In this document: positions 40,975-54,932 of the stretch, piece after piece
Numbering within the stretch: the stretch's first letter is position 1
Layout of the letters: each line of letters begins with the position of its first letter
Notes under the pieces: model-generated
Seen by the model: the letters and a program-made list of their open reading frames with translations, nothing else
Database searches by the model: none
What the model was told of the DNA's origin: nothing
Translations under genes and position numbers: made by a program
Source: Welwitschia mirabilis
Lineage: Eukaryota
Direction: 5' to 3'
Assembly (NCBI GenBank): GCA_051453625.1
Contig: JBOZIK010000001.1
Location: 11,034,974 to 11,098,973, forward strand
Length of the DNA stretch: 64,000 nt

Positions 40975-42279
40975 TAGAAGCTCACCCAAAAGTATGGGTG
41001 CTAGTCTTAACCTTTATGAAGGGTGTTGGTTTATGTTTTTATTTTTATAGTTTTTGATCAATTTGCAGTCTTTAGATATTAGTTTTGATTTATGTAAGTA
41101 GCTACTAGTTTTGGGAGTTGTTATAAGTTTTTTGATTCCTTGAGTCTCTAAGTGTAAAATGGAAATAGAAAATATGATTCACAATTTTAAAAGAGAAGCT
41201 CTTATTTTGAAAAAAGTTGAAGTAATTTTCGAAGCTACTCACAAGGTTTTTTTTCCTTTCTCTTTTTTTTTGATTTTTTTTTTCAAGAGGAGGTGGAAGC
41301 AATTTTACTATTTTACTCTTAGTACATCAGGAGGGAGTATTTTGCATGTTTTAGGCCTAGTATTTTGCCCAAGATAGATGCAAGTTTAAGCTAATCATTG
41401 TAATCTCAGGTATTTCCTCCTACTTTATTTGTTGTACGTATGTTTCTCTTGGTGATTTTTGTATACTTCTCATGTTTTTATTTTAATAGAAAATGTCCAC
41501 TTTTATTTAAAAAAGAAAAAATAAAAAAATGGACTCATTGTATAAGTTTTAAACATTAAATCTATCAAATTTGGATAGTTAAGAATACATTTTCTAAGAT
41601 TATATATTAAGAATAAAAATTGTATAAATTTTTAAAATTATTATCATACCACACCAAACTAAAAAGGTTATAACCTTTAGACTACTTTGAATTTTTAAAT
41701 GATTTAAATACTTTGGAAATATTATTTAATTTTCTATTATTAAACTATTAAATCACTATAAATAACTTAGTATTAAATCTATAATCTAAGATTAAATGCT
41801 TACTAATTCATATGTTTATTTTTGTAGTTATATATATTAAATAATTTCTAAAAAATTATTAACTTTTAAAATTTACTATTATTAAATTTTTATAATGTTG
41901 ACTGAATTTTGAGCTTACCAAAAAAATCTCATTAAAATATAAGAAATATTTAATGAGTCATGATCTCCCTAAGTTATGTTATCAATTTCAAAAACATGAT
42001 CTTTATCTAAATAAGAACATATAGACTCATATATANNNNNNNNNNNNNNNNNNNNNNNNNNNNNNNNNNNNNNNNNNNNNNNNNNNNNNNNNNNNNNNNN
42101 NNNNNNNNNNNNNNNNNNNNNNNNNNNNNNNNNNNTAAATAAGAACATATAGACTCATATATAAATCTAAGGAACTATAGTTGATGAAATTTAATGCAAA
42201 TACCTAATATACTAAGTCTATGTAATATACACAATAAATTTTAACTAATAAAAATTTATGTTAATTATAAAATTCAATG

Positions 42280-44165
42280 CACAAGATTAAGTAAAAGTAG
42301 ACAACTTCAATGAGCCTTAAGATTAACATGAAGGACTACCTAGCGTAAGTGGGATTCAAGATTAGATAATTCATCCTAATAAAAGGATTCTAATGCATAT
42401 ATGATGCATAAAGAAACTTCAATAATCAATAAATAATTCACAACAAAACATTGGTATCAAAATGTTATAATAAACCCCTTTGTCAATTGGCTATATTATC
42501 CATTGGTAATTGCATCAACTAAGCATGTAAACAGATCACTTAAATCCCTCCTTTATCTCAGTTTTAGCCAAATGGGAGGAATAATTTTAAACAAACAATA
42601 TAATAAGCTTATGCAATGGCCTAATACAATACCTTTTTCATGACACAAATTTCCTTAGAGAATAAATAACATAGGAATATAGGAAGTAGAGGAAACCTAC
42701 TTAGAAATTCATGATTGAAGGATTCCATTTGATAAAGTTTGATGAATAATTAATGAAGTAGTAACTTGTAAGATCCTTATCTCCAAGCTTCAAGCTCTAA
42801 GTTACAATCTCCAAACTCAAAAATAAGAGTACAAGAAGAGAAGAAAAGAATGTGGAAGAGTGAGAGGAGAATTAATATCACAAAGTCATCTAAAAGTGAA
42901 AAATTAATTTTTAAGAGAGGTAAGGGATATCTTTATGGGTAAATAATAAACCAAAATTCCTCGATTCAATTAGTTAAAAAATACACACATCATTTAATCC
43001 ATGAGATAATATGATTACAATAAAGTGGATGTATTAATCCCATTGAATTGAATAAGATGGGTTACACTAAATTGGATAAGATTGATCAATAATAAGTTAG
43101 TTCAGCTTAACTAATAAGTGACATTAATGTGTGAATGGAAAAAAAATACATCATATTTATGATTCATGCATGTAACTAAGGTGAGTAATTCTCGTACTTT
43201 AATTAGCAAGGTTAATGACAAACATTTTTTCTTCATGATAATGCATTCTTGATACTTCAAAAGCTCATAAGCATATTCAATCAACTCACAAACATGCATT
43301 GAATAGTGTTTAATATGCATTAAATGAATACTCTTTTTTCTATGCACTAATTTTAAAAGTTTTATGTGTCATAATGAGATAAACCTTTCTATTTTAGTGA
43401 ATTAAAAAAATTGGATATTTTATAAACCAAGTACTTTTGTAAGGTTAAGAAGAATAAAAATCATAGTATAGTCAAATCTACTCATTCATCCTTCTTACTT
43501 TATTCATAAGAGTGCATATAGTTATTTATGTGCTCATTAATTTTATGATCCATAAAATCCATTAACACAAAACACAAGAAAGCAAATGTCATAATAGAAT
43601 GTAGTACACTTAAATTTTTATCCACTTCTTTTGTCAAATACATTAACCATTTACTTTTACTAAGTAATTTTACTTTTTTGATTTCGATGAGACGCATGAA
43701 TAAGTATGTAGTAATATAAATATTAAATATGTCATTCTTGTAAATATTTTATTATCATTTTATGCATTATTATAAAATTCTCAATTTAATAATTTTACCA
43801 TCTAAAGGAGATGCCTTTATATAAATATAATTCTTTGATTTTAATGTTTGGATAGCGTGTTTATTTTTTTCATAAAAATTTTTATAAAAAAATTATCCAA
43901 AAATATTAAAACTATGAGAATAACCTAAAAATTAAGATTAATTACTTAAAATATTGTATGACTATCTAGAATTCAAAATTAAGCATAATGCATAGATTTT
44001 AACATAAGAAAAAAATATAAGATATCATTTGTAATAAAAATAAATATTATTTTTTATGAAGATTCTAATTAAAGAAGGGATTTCATATTAAAATTATCAT
44101 ATGATTAAGAGATTAACATGTTTAATGTTTCAGTAATTAAAGGTTACAAAATGTGGGATATAACA
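42280..44165. mobile_element. Possible decayed LTR remnant(s)
   Basis: LTR-like purine-rich block at 42650-42940 and a possible terminus gtgggatataaca at 44165. No partner copy or PBS seen. Confidence 0.25.
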
Positions 44166-44939
44166 TTAAGTTCTAGATGCGGACCAATACTACTCTCTAA
44201 ATATGATTGACAGATAAAGAATTTAGAGTTTTTTAAGGTAATCCTAAGCTATCAAACTCTAATGCCTTCATCTAGAATTACATGCAACCTTGAACTTGAT
44301 ATTTATCTATGGTTATTTTATTATAAAGTTCATTTTTAGAATTTATAACTTTCTTATTTTTGATATGTATAATAACGATCTAATGTTTGTAGCATGTCAT
44401 ATTTTAGATACAAACACAAGGAGAAGACTTAACTTGAGGTTAATTAGCTGATGTATCTTTTTGAGCATTTGTTTGATAAACTTACCTAGTATCTACTCCT
44501 CCTAGATCTCCATAAGTGAGCCTCCTTGCATCTTATCTTAGATAAAACTATTGATTAATAAGTAGAGTAGTAATTAAAATGGTTTAATCTTTATTCTCTT
44601 AGGGTATAATGAAAAATCTTTACTTCTATTTCATTTGGCTTATGTAGGCCTTTTGCACTTTAAAACTATATTGTTATTATTTTTCTTGGAGTATGGTCTG
44701 GTAGCCATTTGATGTTTTCATGATTCTTTGATAGTCGATTATTACTTAATATCTCTGGCATTTTGTACTAAATCTTATATTTTGATGTCTAATAACATTT
44801 TTGGCATCTAGCATTCCCTACTAGCTATGTAGATTTTATCTTTTTCTACCACATCTTAATCACTTACTTAATCATAATTAATTATTAATTATACATTAAT
44901 TATTTACTAATTGTATCCACTAGTTAAGACATTAATTAT

Positions 44940-47900
44940 TGATGAAATATAATTTTGTAAAAATAATTAGTAATTTTTGGATGTTTAACCTTTTTAATAA
45001 GTGTGTTTTTATTGTTATTAGATTAATAATTTAGTTAGTATGAATAGGAATGTAATATAAGGATATATATGAATATATATACAATGAATTATGCACTAAG
45101 ATATTCTTAGGTAAAAGAGGTATCACTTGGCAAGAAGATGTAAATAAGACAATAGAATGGTTAAAAAGATAGGATCACCACTCCCATATAGGTAGTTTTA
45201 ACAAGGAAGAAGAGTAACAACCTTGGTAGGAGATTAGAGAACAAAAATAAAGGAAAAAGAAGAAAGTAAAATAATGGTTCTTTGGCAGGAAGGGAAAACT
45301 AGCAATATTATAGGAAAGTCTTAGTTAAGGATCCAAGAAAAGAGCTCTAGTACATTCTTAGAAATGTGACTAGCATCTACATAGCTCCAGTTTCATCTAA
45401 AAATGAAAGCACTTTTAATTATTATTCTATATAATCATAGTACTAAATTTGGTTGCAATTGAAAGCCTAACTTATGCTATGATAAATTACTACATTACTC
45501 ATAAAAGTGTTTTTTGTTTCTTAGCTACGGTATCTATTGTTAGTAGATATCAAGATATAATAGTGCCTAGAAATAGATGTTGTCCAACATTATTTATAAA
45601 TGATTCTGTATTACTTAACCCCTAATTTGTACTTTATGTATAAAATATGTTGTATTTATGCTTCTAATAAAGTCCATTTTCAACCTAATATGCTTGAGTG
45701 ACTATTCTCAAGAGCTAATCATGGTAGCACAACTTAAACTAAATTGGCTGAAAAATTAACCATCTTAGTTAGTTCTTTAGCAATATTTATTAATTTTACT
45801 AATGACTTAGCTTATTTATAGCACATAACCAACATTTTTAATATCTTTATTATAAAAATTATTGTTATTTATACACTTTTATTTGCATAATAATTACAGT
45901 CATTTTGGTACTAGAAGGAGGACATCCTAAAGTTGACTAGCAAAGATGAAGCACTATACAGTCCAAAAAGATAGCCAAATAAAATGAAGACATGAAAAAG
46001 GGAGGTTTGTTAAAAATCCTAAAAAATATAACTTAATAGATCAAAAGGATATTAAAACTAAAATGGAAATAGTACAAGAATACTTTGATGTAGAAGAAAC
46101 TACTTTAGAACATGTAATAAAAGAATAATTTTTTTTTTTAACATATGAATGAAATGGAATAAGGATTAGCTAACCTACTTAGGATACCTCACAATTAAGG
46201 GAATTCTTCTAAAGGATCTTAATCTCACCTTTCTAGAAAGAAATTTTTATTACGTTATAATTAGAAAAATAACGGAGATGCTAATCCCTTAAATAGTGAT
46301 ATCCATTAGTTAGACGAATTAAGTTCCACTAACCTAAATGTATTGGAGATTTCTAATAAAGTAAGAAACATTAACATAACCTCAATCCCTAAAAATTAAA
46401 AAACCACTTATTCATTTGAGTCTGTTTGATTTCTTTGGTAAGGCTAATTATCTAGACTTGGAATCAAAACATTTGAGACATTTTCCTTTTTTCTTAAAAG
46501 GGGGAGCTTAATTATGGTGTTATAGGACCCATAATTATGCTTTTAACTCTTGGAGAATACTTAAAAATGCTTTTTTAAATAAATTTTGATCCATGAGGAT
46601 AATAGAAGACATAATAAAATAAATTTTTAACATCAAATAGAAAGATAATGAGAGATTTAATGAATTTATGAATAGATATAATATATTGCTTGAAAGATGT
46701 GCTAACAATGGAATTTAACTTAGATAAAGAGTAACAGANNNNNNNNNNNNNNNNNNNNNNNNNNNNNNNNNNNNNNNNNNNNNNNNNNNNNNNNNNNNNN
46801 NNNNNNNNNNNNNNNNNNNNNNNNNNNNNNNNNNNNNNTAGATATAATATATTGCTTGATAGATGTGCTAACCATGGAATTTAACTTAGAGAAAGAGTAA
46901 CAGATTTACTTGAGGGTTAGATTCAAATCTTAAAATAAATAGATTTATTATATAGAGAAAGCATTAAAAGCAAAAATTTTCATAAAATCGAGAAAGCTAT
47001 TACTCAATTTTAGAGCATGAACCAAGAATGTATACAAGAAGACAAAAAGAAAAACATTAATAAGGTGTTAACTTCTAAAGTAGAAGGTAATTTGTATAGT
47101 TATAAACATGTTATTATATTTATAGTTCTAACAATATTAGTCTTATGAAAGACGTTGCTGAGAAAGTAACTAACAATATGTTTGAGAAGTTTGATCAACT
47201 ATCTATTCAAAATTTAAAACAAGAAGAAGGATCATCTATGAACATTGTGAATAAGATAGATATGAAGAAACAAGTTGTTTATGGATATAAGAAGTTGTCT
47301 AATGATTAGACATAAATAAGCTAGATGTAAATGTAGGGAACTAACCTTAAGCTAGAAATAAACCTTATCCTTATCAAATCAGAAAATAGAAGACAAAGGT
47401 AGAAAATCCTTTTCAAAAGTATGTCAACTCTAAGATCTACTAATAGTTTGAGTATTATAAAAATTAGAAGAATAAAAATTATAAAAATAATTAAGAAAAA
47501 CACAAGTCAAATAAGAAAGAAAGGAATATTCCTACACAACCACAACCTAACTATAAAGAATCCACTAGTAAAGCAGTGTCTACTAGGTAAGAAAAACCTA
47601 AAGTAATAAAATGGAAACCAAAGAGAAGGAATAAGACAAATACATCCTCCAAAAAAGAAGAAACCTCAACAAAAAACAAAATAGTTATTTTAGAACAGAC
47701 ATGATTCATGACCTTTTCCATGAAATGTAATTAAATTAAGCATCCAAAGATTGAAAAGGATATGGAATATTTAATAAAGGCTCTTAAACATACTACAATA
47801 GCTTATCCCTATTAAAACTACTAAAATATGTGCTAGTTTATTGTAAGTAAATAAAAATTATGTGTTTCCAAAAAAGGAGTAAAAAGGCAGAAAAAGAAAA

Positions 47901-50900
47901 ACAAATAGAAATCATAAAAAAGAATCAAATCTTCTAGGATTCCACATAAATTCTTTAGAAGAAACAACATGAGAAATATAGTGAACCAGGGATGCCTATG
48001 ATAGACATTAAACTTGATAATAGATTCGAGGTTAAAGCCTTGATTGATTTAGGGATAAGTGTAAATTTAATGGCTTATGAAACCTATGAAGAGTTAGAGA
48101 AATCAGAATTATCATCCTTTCAAGGGATGGTTTACCTGATAAATGGATCAATAATAACTCCTAAGGGAATTCTCAAAGATTTTTCTATTAAACTCTAGGG
48201 ATTTACCTATTTATTAAAATATTTAGTTATGAAAAATCAAGGGGACACACATGCAATAATCTTAGAAAGACCTTGTATGGATACTAATGATTCCACTATT
48301 TACTCTATGGAAGGAGTAATAGAGATAAGTTTAGGAGATTTAAAATAAGAAATTAAGTTAGGTGATGTAGCAATTTTATAGAAAATAGGATTAAACCTCA
48401 AGATGGAACTAATTCCATATTACTCTAATAAGTTTATATAATTTTAAAACAATAAAATGAACAAAAATATAAAGAAGAAGGATTAACATCTTAGGAAATT
48501 AAAAAACCACCTCTTAATGATGGATTGAAATACATTGAGATAGCTCTCAATACACCTTTCATAATTAGTAGTATCTTAACTCACTCTTAAAAAGAAAACT
48601 TAATATATTGTTGGTTAAAAGAAAATGAGTATTTGCATGGCATTATACTGATATTAAAGGAATAATCTTGAAATATGCTAATACAAGATCTACCTTGATA
48701 AATTAATTAAAACTTGCAGACAACTTGAAAGAAGATGTAATTCATACATGTAAGAGGTAATTAAATAAGAAGTAATCAAACTCCTAAATATAGGATCTAT
48801 ATATCCTATATCAAACTTAAAATGGATTAGTCATATTATATTCGTACCAAAAAAAGGAAACAAATGATGAGTCTATATAGATTTTAGAATGTTAAAAATA
48901 GTAACCTTTAAAGACCATTTTCCTTGTATCATTTATGAATTAAGTTTTAGATAGAATCGTAGAACAACACTATTATAGTTTACATGAGGGGTATAGTGGG
49001 TACAATCAGATTCCTATAGCTCTAAAAAACTAGGCAAAAACTATCTTTACAAGCTACTAGAAAATCTATGCCTTTAAACTATTAATTTTTGGTTTATGTA
49101 ATTCTCTAGCTACATCTTAAGGATTAGTAAATAGCACATTTCATGACATGATAGGGAGATTAGTTGAAGTATTCATGGATGATTTATCAACCTTTAAAAA
49201 TAAATTTGAGGATTTATTAAACTAATTAAAAAAGGTCTTAAAAAGATGTTAAAAAAAAGGTCAAGCTGATTTGATCTAAGAATCACTTTACAGTCACAGA
49301 AGGGATTGTCTTTGGGCATAAATTCTCACAAAAGGAAATTAAAATCGATGAAAAAAAGGTAAAAACTATAAAAAACATACTATCCTTAAATAAATTAAAA
49401 CAACTTAGATTTTTTCTTCGACATGTCCAATATTGTAGGAGGTTAATAGCTAATTTTAATAAAATTACTAAACCTTTTAAAAAGCTTCTCCAAAAATATG
49501 TGAAATATAATTGTATTGATGAATGCTAAGAAGCCTATCAAACATTAAAAGAAAATTTTCTCATAACTCTTGTGTTACTATAGCCCAATTTGACAAAGTT
49601 ATTTCATATAATAATAGATGCATCTAACCATGCTTTGGAAGTTATTCCAAGAAAAATAGATGATGTAAAAAAAAACCTTATGCTATTACTTATATTAATA
49701 AAACTTTATTATATATTACTAAAAAGAAATTAGGGGAAATGGTCATGTCATTAGAAAAATCAAGACATTGCATTTTAAGATATAAAGTAAAAGTTCATAT
49801 TGATTATAGTGTAATAATATTTTTGATGAAAAAGAAAGAGGCAAATTTGAGGATTATGAAATGGATATTGATAATGTAAGAATTTGATTTAAAAATTATT
49901 GATAGAAAGGAAACAAAAAGTGTAGTGAAAGATCACTTATCTACATTATAATTTCTTGAAGAGGAGGAACAAATTAATATTAGAAATGAATTCCCTAATC
50001 AATACCTTTTCCAAATCGAAATAAACCCATGGTTTATTAATATTGCTAATTTTATAGTTAGTAAAAGACTACCACCTCTCATGAACTAATATTAAAAAAT
50101 AAAATTATTAAGAGAAGTTAGAGATTACATCTGATATGCAAAAATGTTATTTAAAAAAATGTAAAGACCATATTATAAGAAGATGTATTGAAGAAGAATT
50201 ACAGAATAAAATCCTTAAGAAAGCTCATGAAGGAGAAGCCAAAGAACATTATGGTGTAAAAATAAAAAAGATGAAAATCTTACATATAGGATACTATTGG
50301 TTAATAATATTTAAAGATTCTGTTTTCTATGTTAAAAATTGTGATAAATGTTAAAGGGAAGGAGAATCTACTCAAAATATGAAGATGCAACAATAATGAA
50401 TTTAATCAATTGAACCTTTTTATGTATGAAGAATGTATTTTATTATCCCAATTAATCCTTCTTCACATGAAAAGGGATACATCCTAGTACGTGTCAATTA
50501 TTTCATTAGGTGGGCAAAGGCTTAGGCTCTAGCACATTATTCTTCTAAAACTATCATAATTTCTCAACAACATCATCTATCAATTTGGAGCCTTAAAAAG
50601 TCTTATCTCGGATTGAAATACTCATTTTACAAGTGAAATACCTAAAAACTCCTCTAAAAATATGGGATTCATCATAAGCTATCTACTTTCTATCATCCTT
50701 AAACTAATGACCAAGCTAAAGTAACCAATAGGGAATCAAGTAGAATGTTAACAAAACCTATAAACATAAAGAAAACTAGTTGTGCAAAAAAAGTAAATGA
50801 AGCCTTATGGGCATATAAGATAACTTGGAAATAGAGTATAGGGTTTACATCTTATGAATTAGCTTATAGAAAATAGGCAATAGTGCTGATTGAATTCAAA

Positions 50901-51407
50901 ATTAAAACTTTTAAATTAGTTAAAAGTTAAAATGTAATATAGATAAAGCTCAAGAAGATTGGATAGGAAACATGAATATCCTAAATGAATAGAGAAAGAA
51001 AGCCCTTTTAAAAAAGGAAATTACACAACAAAAAATTAAAATATACCATAATAATAAAATAACAAGAATTTAATTTAGTACTGACCTATAACCCTAACAT
51101 GCTTTTACTCAAAAGAGAAATATGAACAAAATTGGCTTGAACCATATATAGTAACAAAAATGATAGGAAATGGAGCCTTTGAAATACATGGTTTAGATGA
51201 AAAAATACCTTATCAAGTAAATGTAAAAATATTAAGGATTTATAATAATCATAAATCTTTACTAAATTATTGAGAAAATCATTATAGGATGGATAGAATA
51301 TTCGCTCTATCTATAGAAATCATTAAATAATAAATAAAAAATAATGTTAACTCTTTAAGGATTATTTTATTCATGTAACTTTTCAAACTATGTGAGATAA
51401 TTGTGAA
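44940..51407 (+). mobile_element. Athila-like element 2 (5' LTR, gag-pol); 3' part interrupted
   Basis: LTR 44940-45902 (tgatg...gtca). PBS tggtactagaaggagg 45906-45921 (tRNA-Asn type). Protease ALIDLGISVNLM. RT KDHFP, GYSGYNQI and FMDDLS. Integrase AHEGEAKEHYG...CDKC and YHP*TNDQAKVTNRE. Homologous to Athila-like element 1. Confidence 0.9.
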
Positions 51408-52455
51408 TCTTCTTTTTTTAAAAAAGAAACCAAACATTATATTAAAAGAGAATAATTACTAGGAAGTAAAATTGTCCTATACTAGGAGGTATAAGAAATC
51501 CAATCAGTAAAAACCAGCCTGCAGACTTTATGTGAGCACACTAGATACAAAGCAAAATTAGGGGTAAAAACTCCCCAAATTCTAGTTTTAACATAGAATG
51601 GAAAAAACTACTATAAACTAAGGAGAACAAGGACTAATATGCCCTATAGTTTGGGAATATATGGCTATGTTAGTACTAGACCAGAAATTGTTCTAAATCA
51701 TCTATTAAAATTTTAAAGATCTAATTCACTTCTTTAAATTTCTCTACTCCTACCTGATTCTTGTTAGGATGAAGTCTAAAATCCTTCTTTTCATAACTCA
51801 ACTTAATAATATTTAACTAATATTTGTGAAATATTTTTAGGATTAATAAGAAACATCTCTTTAATCTATAAATTATAGCCAATAGGACTTCTTTTCTTGG
51901 ATGGTCCATATCAATGTCTTCTTAAGTCTCTTGATTTTCTTCTTTAAAGGAGGAATTTGAATGCGATTGTAAATCTATTCTCTTACTTTGGTTGGCACTA
52001 TTCTCTTCCTTCTAGAAGGGGTTTCTTGAACTTTCTCTGGATGCTGGTGCTCTTATTCTCACTCTTTTATTAGAGGTTTCTCCTGAACTACCTTTTCTTA
52101 TGTTAGGAAAGAAATCACTTCCTCTATAGAATTATCTTAGGGTAGGGGCAGAGATGCTCCTTTATAAGATTGAGAACTTTCTAAGTTGGCCTTTCTCTTA
52201 CATTGAAGAGCTTGTTATGCTTGAACCTTTTCTTCTTTTTTCCTCTAGAATGCTAAGTTTTATTTAAAGTTCTTCAATGAGGATAAGCGAAAGGAGAGGC
52301 CTCCCTCACCCTTAGGTCCCTTGCAACTCTCCACAGTGCCATGTAAAGACCTAAGTGCCTTGATGAATCTTTTCATTGTGATGCCTAAATGGAGAAGTGG
52401 GGTAAGTTAATTTGATTCTCTATGTCTAGGGCCTTGAGGAAAGCAAATATAGCCC
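51408..52455 (-). pseudogene. A-tailed element J2 with decayed ORF ending in a J-domain, 5' end cut by an LTR insertion
   Basis: Minus-strand ~51855-51680 translates CFLLILKIFHKY*LNIIKLSYEKKDFRLHPNKNQVGVEKFKEVN*IFKILIDD (HPNKN = rc of 51757-51771). Charged/basic linker upstream. T-rich 3' region and short A-tail (T-run 51413-51419). Confidence 0.72.
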
Positions 52456-54932
52456 TATTGTGATGCGTATTTATACAATAATTATGCTCAAGAAGACCCT
52501 GTCATTTAAAAATGAAATAGATATTTTACACAACACAATACACTAATATGTATGGGATGGACTTGAATGTCATAATCCGTCAAAGTCTTAGGCTAGAAGA
52601 AAGAGAATTGACTTCAGCAAGAAACACTTACATATTGTAGTAACAAAAATAAATTGCAATGCAGTAAAGTACAATGTAACATACTTACACAAAGTTAATT
52701 TAGAATGAAAAAGGAATAATAAACCTAAACTAATAATGCTTAACCTTAACAAAAGTTTCCCTCATTACCTATATTACTTAAGAAACTATAGAAGCAAAAT
52801 AAACTATAAGGGATAAGTAACAATAAGCATAGAAATAAAAAATAGTTTTTGTATTAAAGTCGAACCACATCCGTGTTACAAAGTAGCCATACCTCAAGAG
52901 AAAGCATAGCCCAACACCAAGGAAGAAATCTTTCTACAACTACCAAGGATGAATCTCTGGTCTTTCGATCTCTTATCATAAGAATTTCTAATATAAGAAA
53001 AGACAAGATAGGCTTAAGGACGGAATTGATACTTATTAATAACAAACACACCAATAATAAAATTGACAAAAAATAATGGGCACAACCCTAACAGTTATGT
53101 AAAAGACATAAAAACAAATGGTAATAGTTAGGTAAATGTTCATTGAAGCATGATAATATATGTCATCCTGCTTATCATTTGAATAATATAGGGGACGATG
53201 TTACATCATAAACAATTCATGTTATCTAACAAATTGATCACATTTGGCATCTTTATTAGCTTTAATTATTCTATAGTCCAGAAGGATTATTGATAAAAAA
53301 TGCTAGTTTCTTTTCAATAAAATAATCAAAGAAGACCATCATCCCCTTCATTGTCCCGATGATAGGTAGGACGACACTCTGCTGATGTGGACTACTGAGT
53401 CAGCATTTCAAGAATATTCTATAATGTATTATCATGTCCATACTCATTTGGATGATAGCCCTGATGATACTCTTATGTAACTGACTCAAACAAGATTCTC
53501 TTGATTGTTTTGTCCATTTTCGAGTCATTGATAAGAATGCCTAACTGCACCAACCGTCTATCCTCATTTGCTGAATTTCCTTATACATAGGTCCTCCTTT
53601 GACTCTCCTTAGCATCTTCGATGCATCGGACATTCTTGTGATAGGAGATCGAAGGGTAGAATATCCATTTGCATGTGTTGCAGAAAGACGTGCACTTGGT
53701 GGCGGGCTGTGAATCTTCCATTGAGACCCAGCTATTTTGTAACCTAGATGAATGTTACTTTTTAACATAAAATCTTATTTTCTTTTCATGCCTACATTGA
53801 AGATATTCTAATTTCCCTTATAGTCTATGTTACTCTTGATCTGGTGACAATTTCTTGGGTGATATAGATTATCAAGTGTAGCCTTTGTTAAGGCTGGAAG
53901 CAAGTAGTGATATAGTTATTTTCAAATTTACATTTAGAATAATCGCATTTTACATTTTACATTGTATATTTATTTTCTTGCATTATTAGCTATTTTCTAA
54001 TTCCTCTTATTCTATAAAGCAATCTAAGTCTTATCTCATAGACTTCAATGAGATATGATATTTTGGGTCTACTACCATTATATTAGTGTTTTGTATTGTT
54101 GGAGATAATTATTTATTTTATTATTGATAGAATCCTTTGAGCTTAAGCACTCACACAAATACACACTACAACAAATTGGCACCATTGCCAGGAAAGTCTA
54201 TTGAGGAGTATGAGAGTTATCATCATTTGAATGAGTACATCAAATTTCTATTCAGTTATTCATCTATAGTGACATTGTATTTTTATTATAAATCATAGGT
54301 TTTCTATTTGTGGTTTTTATTTTTTTCAGTTTTTTTGATTTTCGATTTTTCTTTTTCTTTTACCATTTTTTTAGTTTCGATTTTAAGTTTTAATTTTTTT
54401 TAGAAAAATAGTGGTCTTTCTTTCTGTCGTCCTCATGACAAATAGGACAACAGTGTGATTTCAATTTCTTAGATTTTCATTTTTTTATAATAAATTAGTT
54501 TCTATCGTCTCCTGTGATGTTCGGATGATCAAGTGAACAACAAATCTATTTTTTGTATTTTTTGCTTTCTATTTTTAGTCTCAGTCCTATTTTCTGTTTT
54601 TGTATATCGGTTTTAGTTCTGTTTTGTTTTTCTTTTATTTCTATGTTTGTCATCCCTTCTGTCATTTCCATGATGAACAAGACGATAGTGTTGTTTTTTA
54701 TTTGTTTTTTTTTTGTTTTCTGTTTGCAAGAAACTATGATGTGATTGGTCCAGAAAAGGGCTTATCAGAGAAAAAAAGGGCTACTGACAGAAGAAAGTAT
54801 TTAAAAAAGTTAGGAACATAAAACTCTAAGTGCATATATTATTTTTCCAAGATCATTTTATTTTTATCATTTTTAAGCACCTACCTTCATCTTGAACTAA
54901 AGATTCTCTTCCTTCCATTCTTCTAGAAAAAA

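Larger units (their letters stand above)
31173..41993 (-). mobile_element. Possible hAT DNA transposon remnant hosting the LINE and J-domain element 1
   Basis: Left end aaggtgactagt followed by gact/caact repeats. taccaaaaa(g/a)tctcattaaaa occurs near both ends (~31232, ~41917). Transposase-like fragment at ~38600-38960. Joining these pieces into one element is inference. Confidence 0.35.

Noticed and set aside
44400-44850. Possible coding relic (viral or TE) on the minus strand
   Set aside because: No diagnostic motif found.
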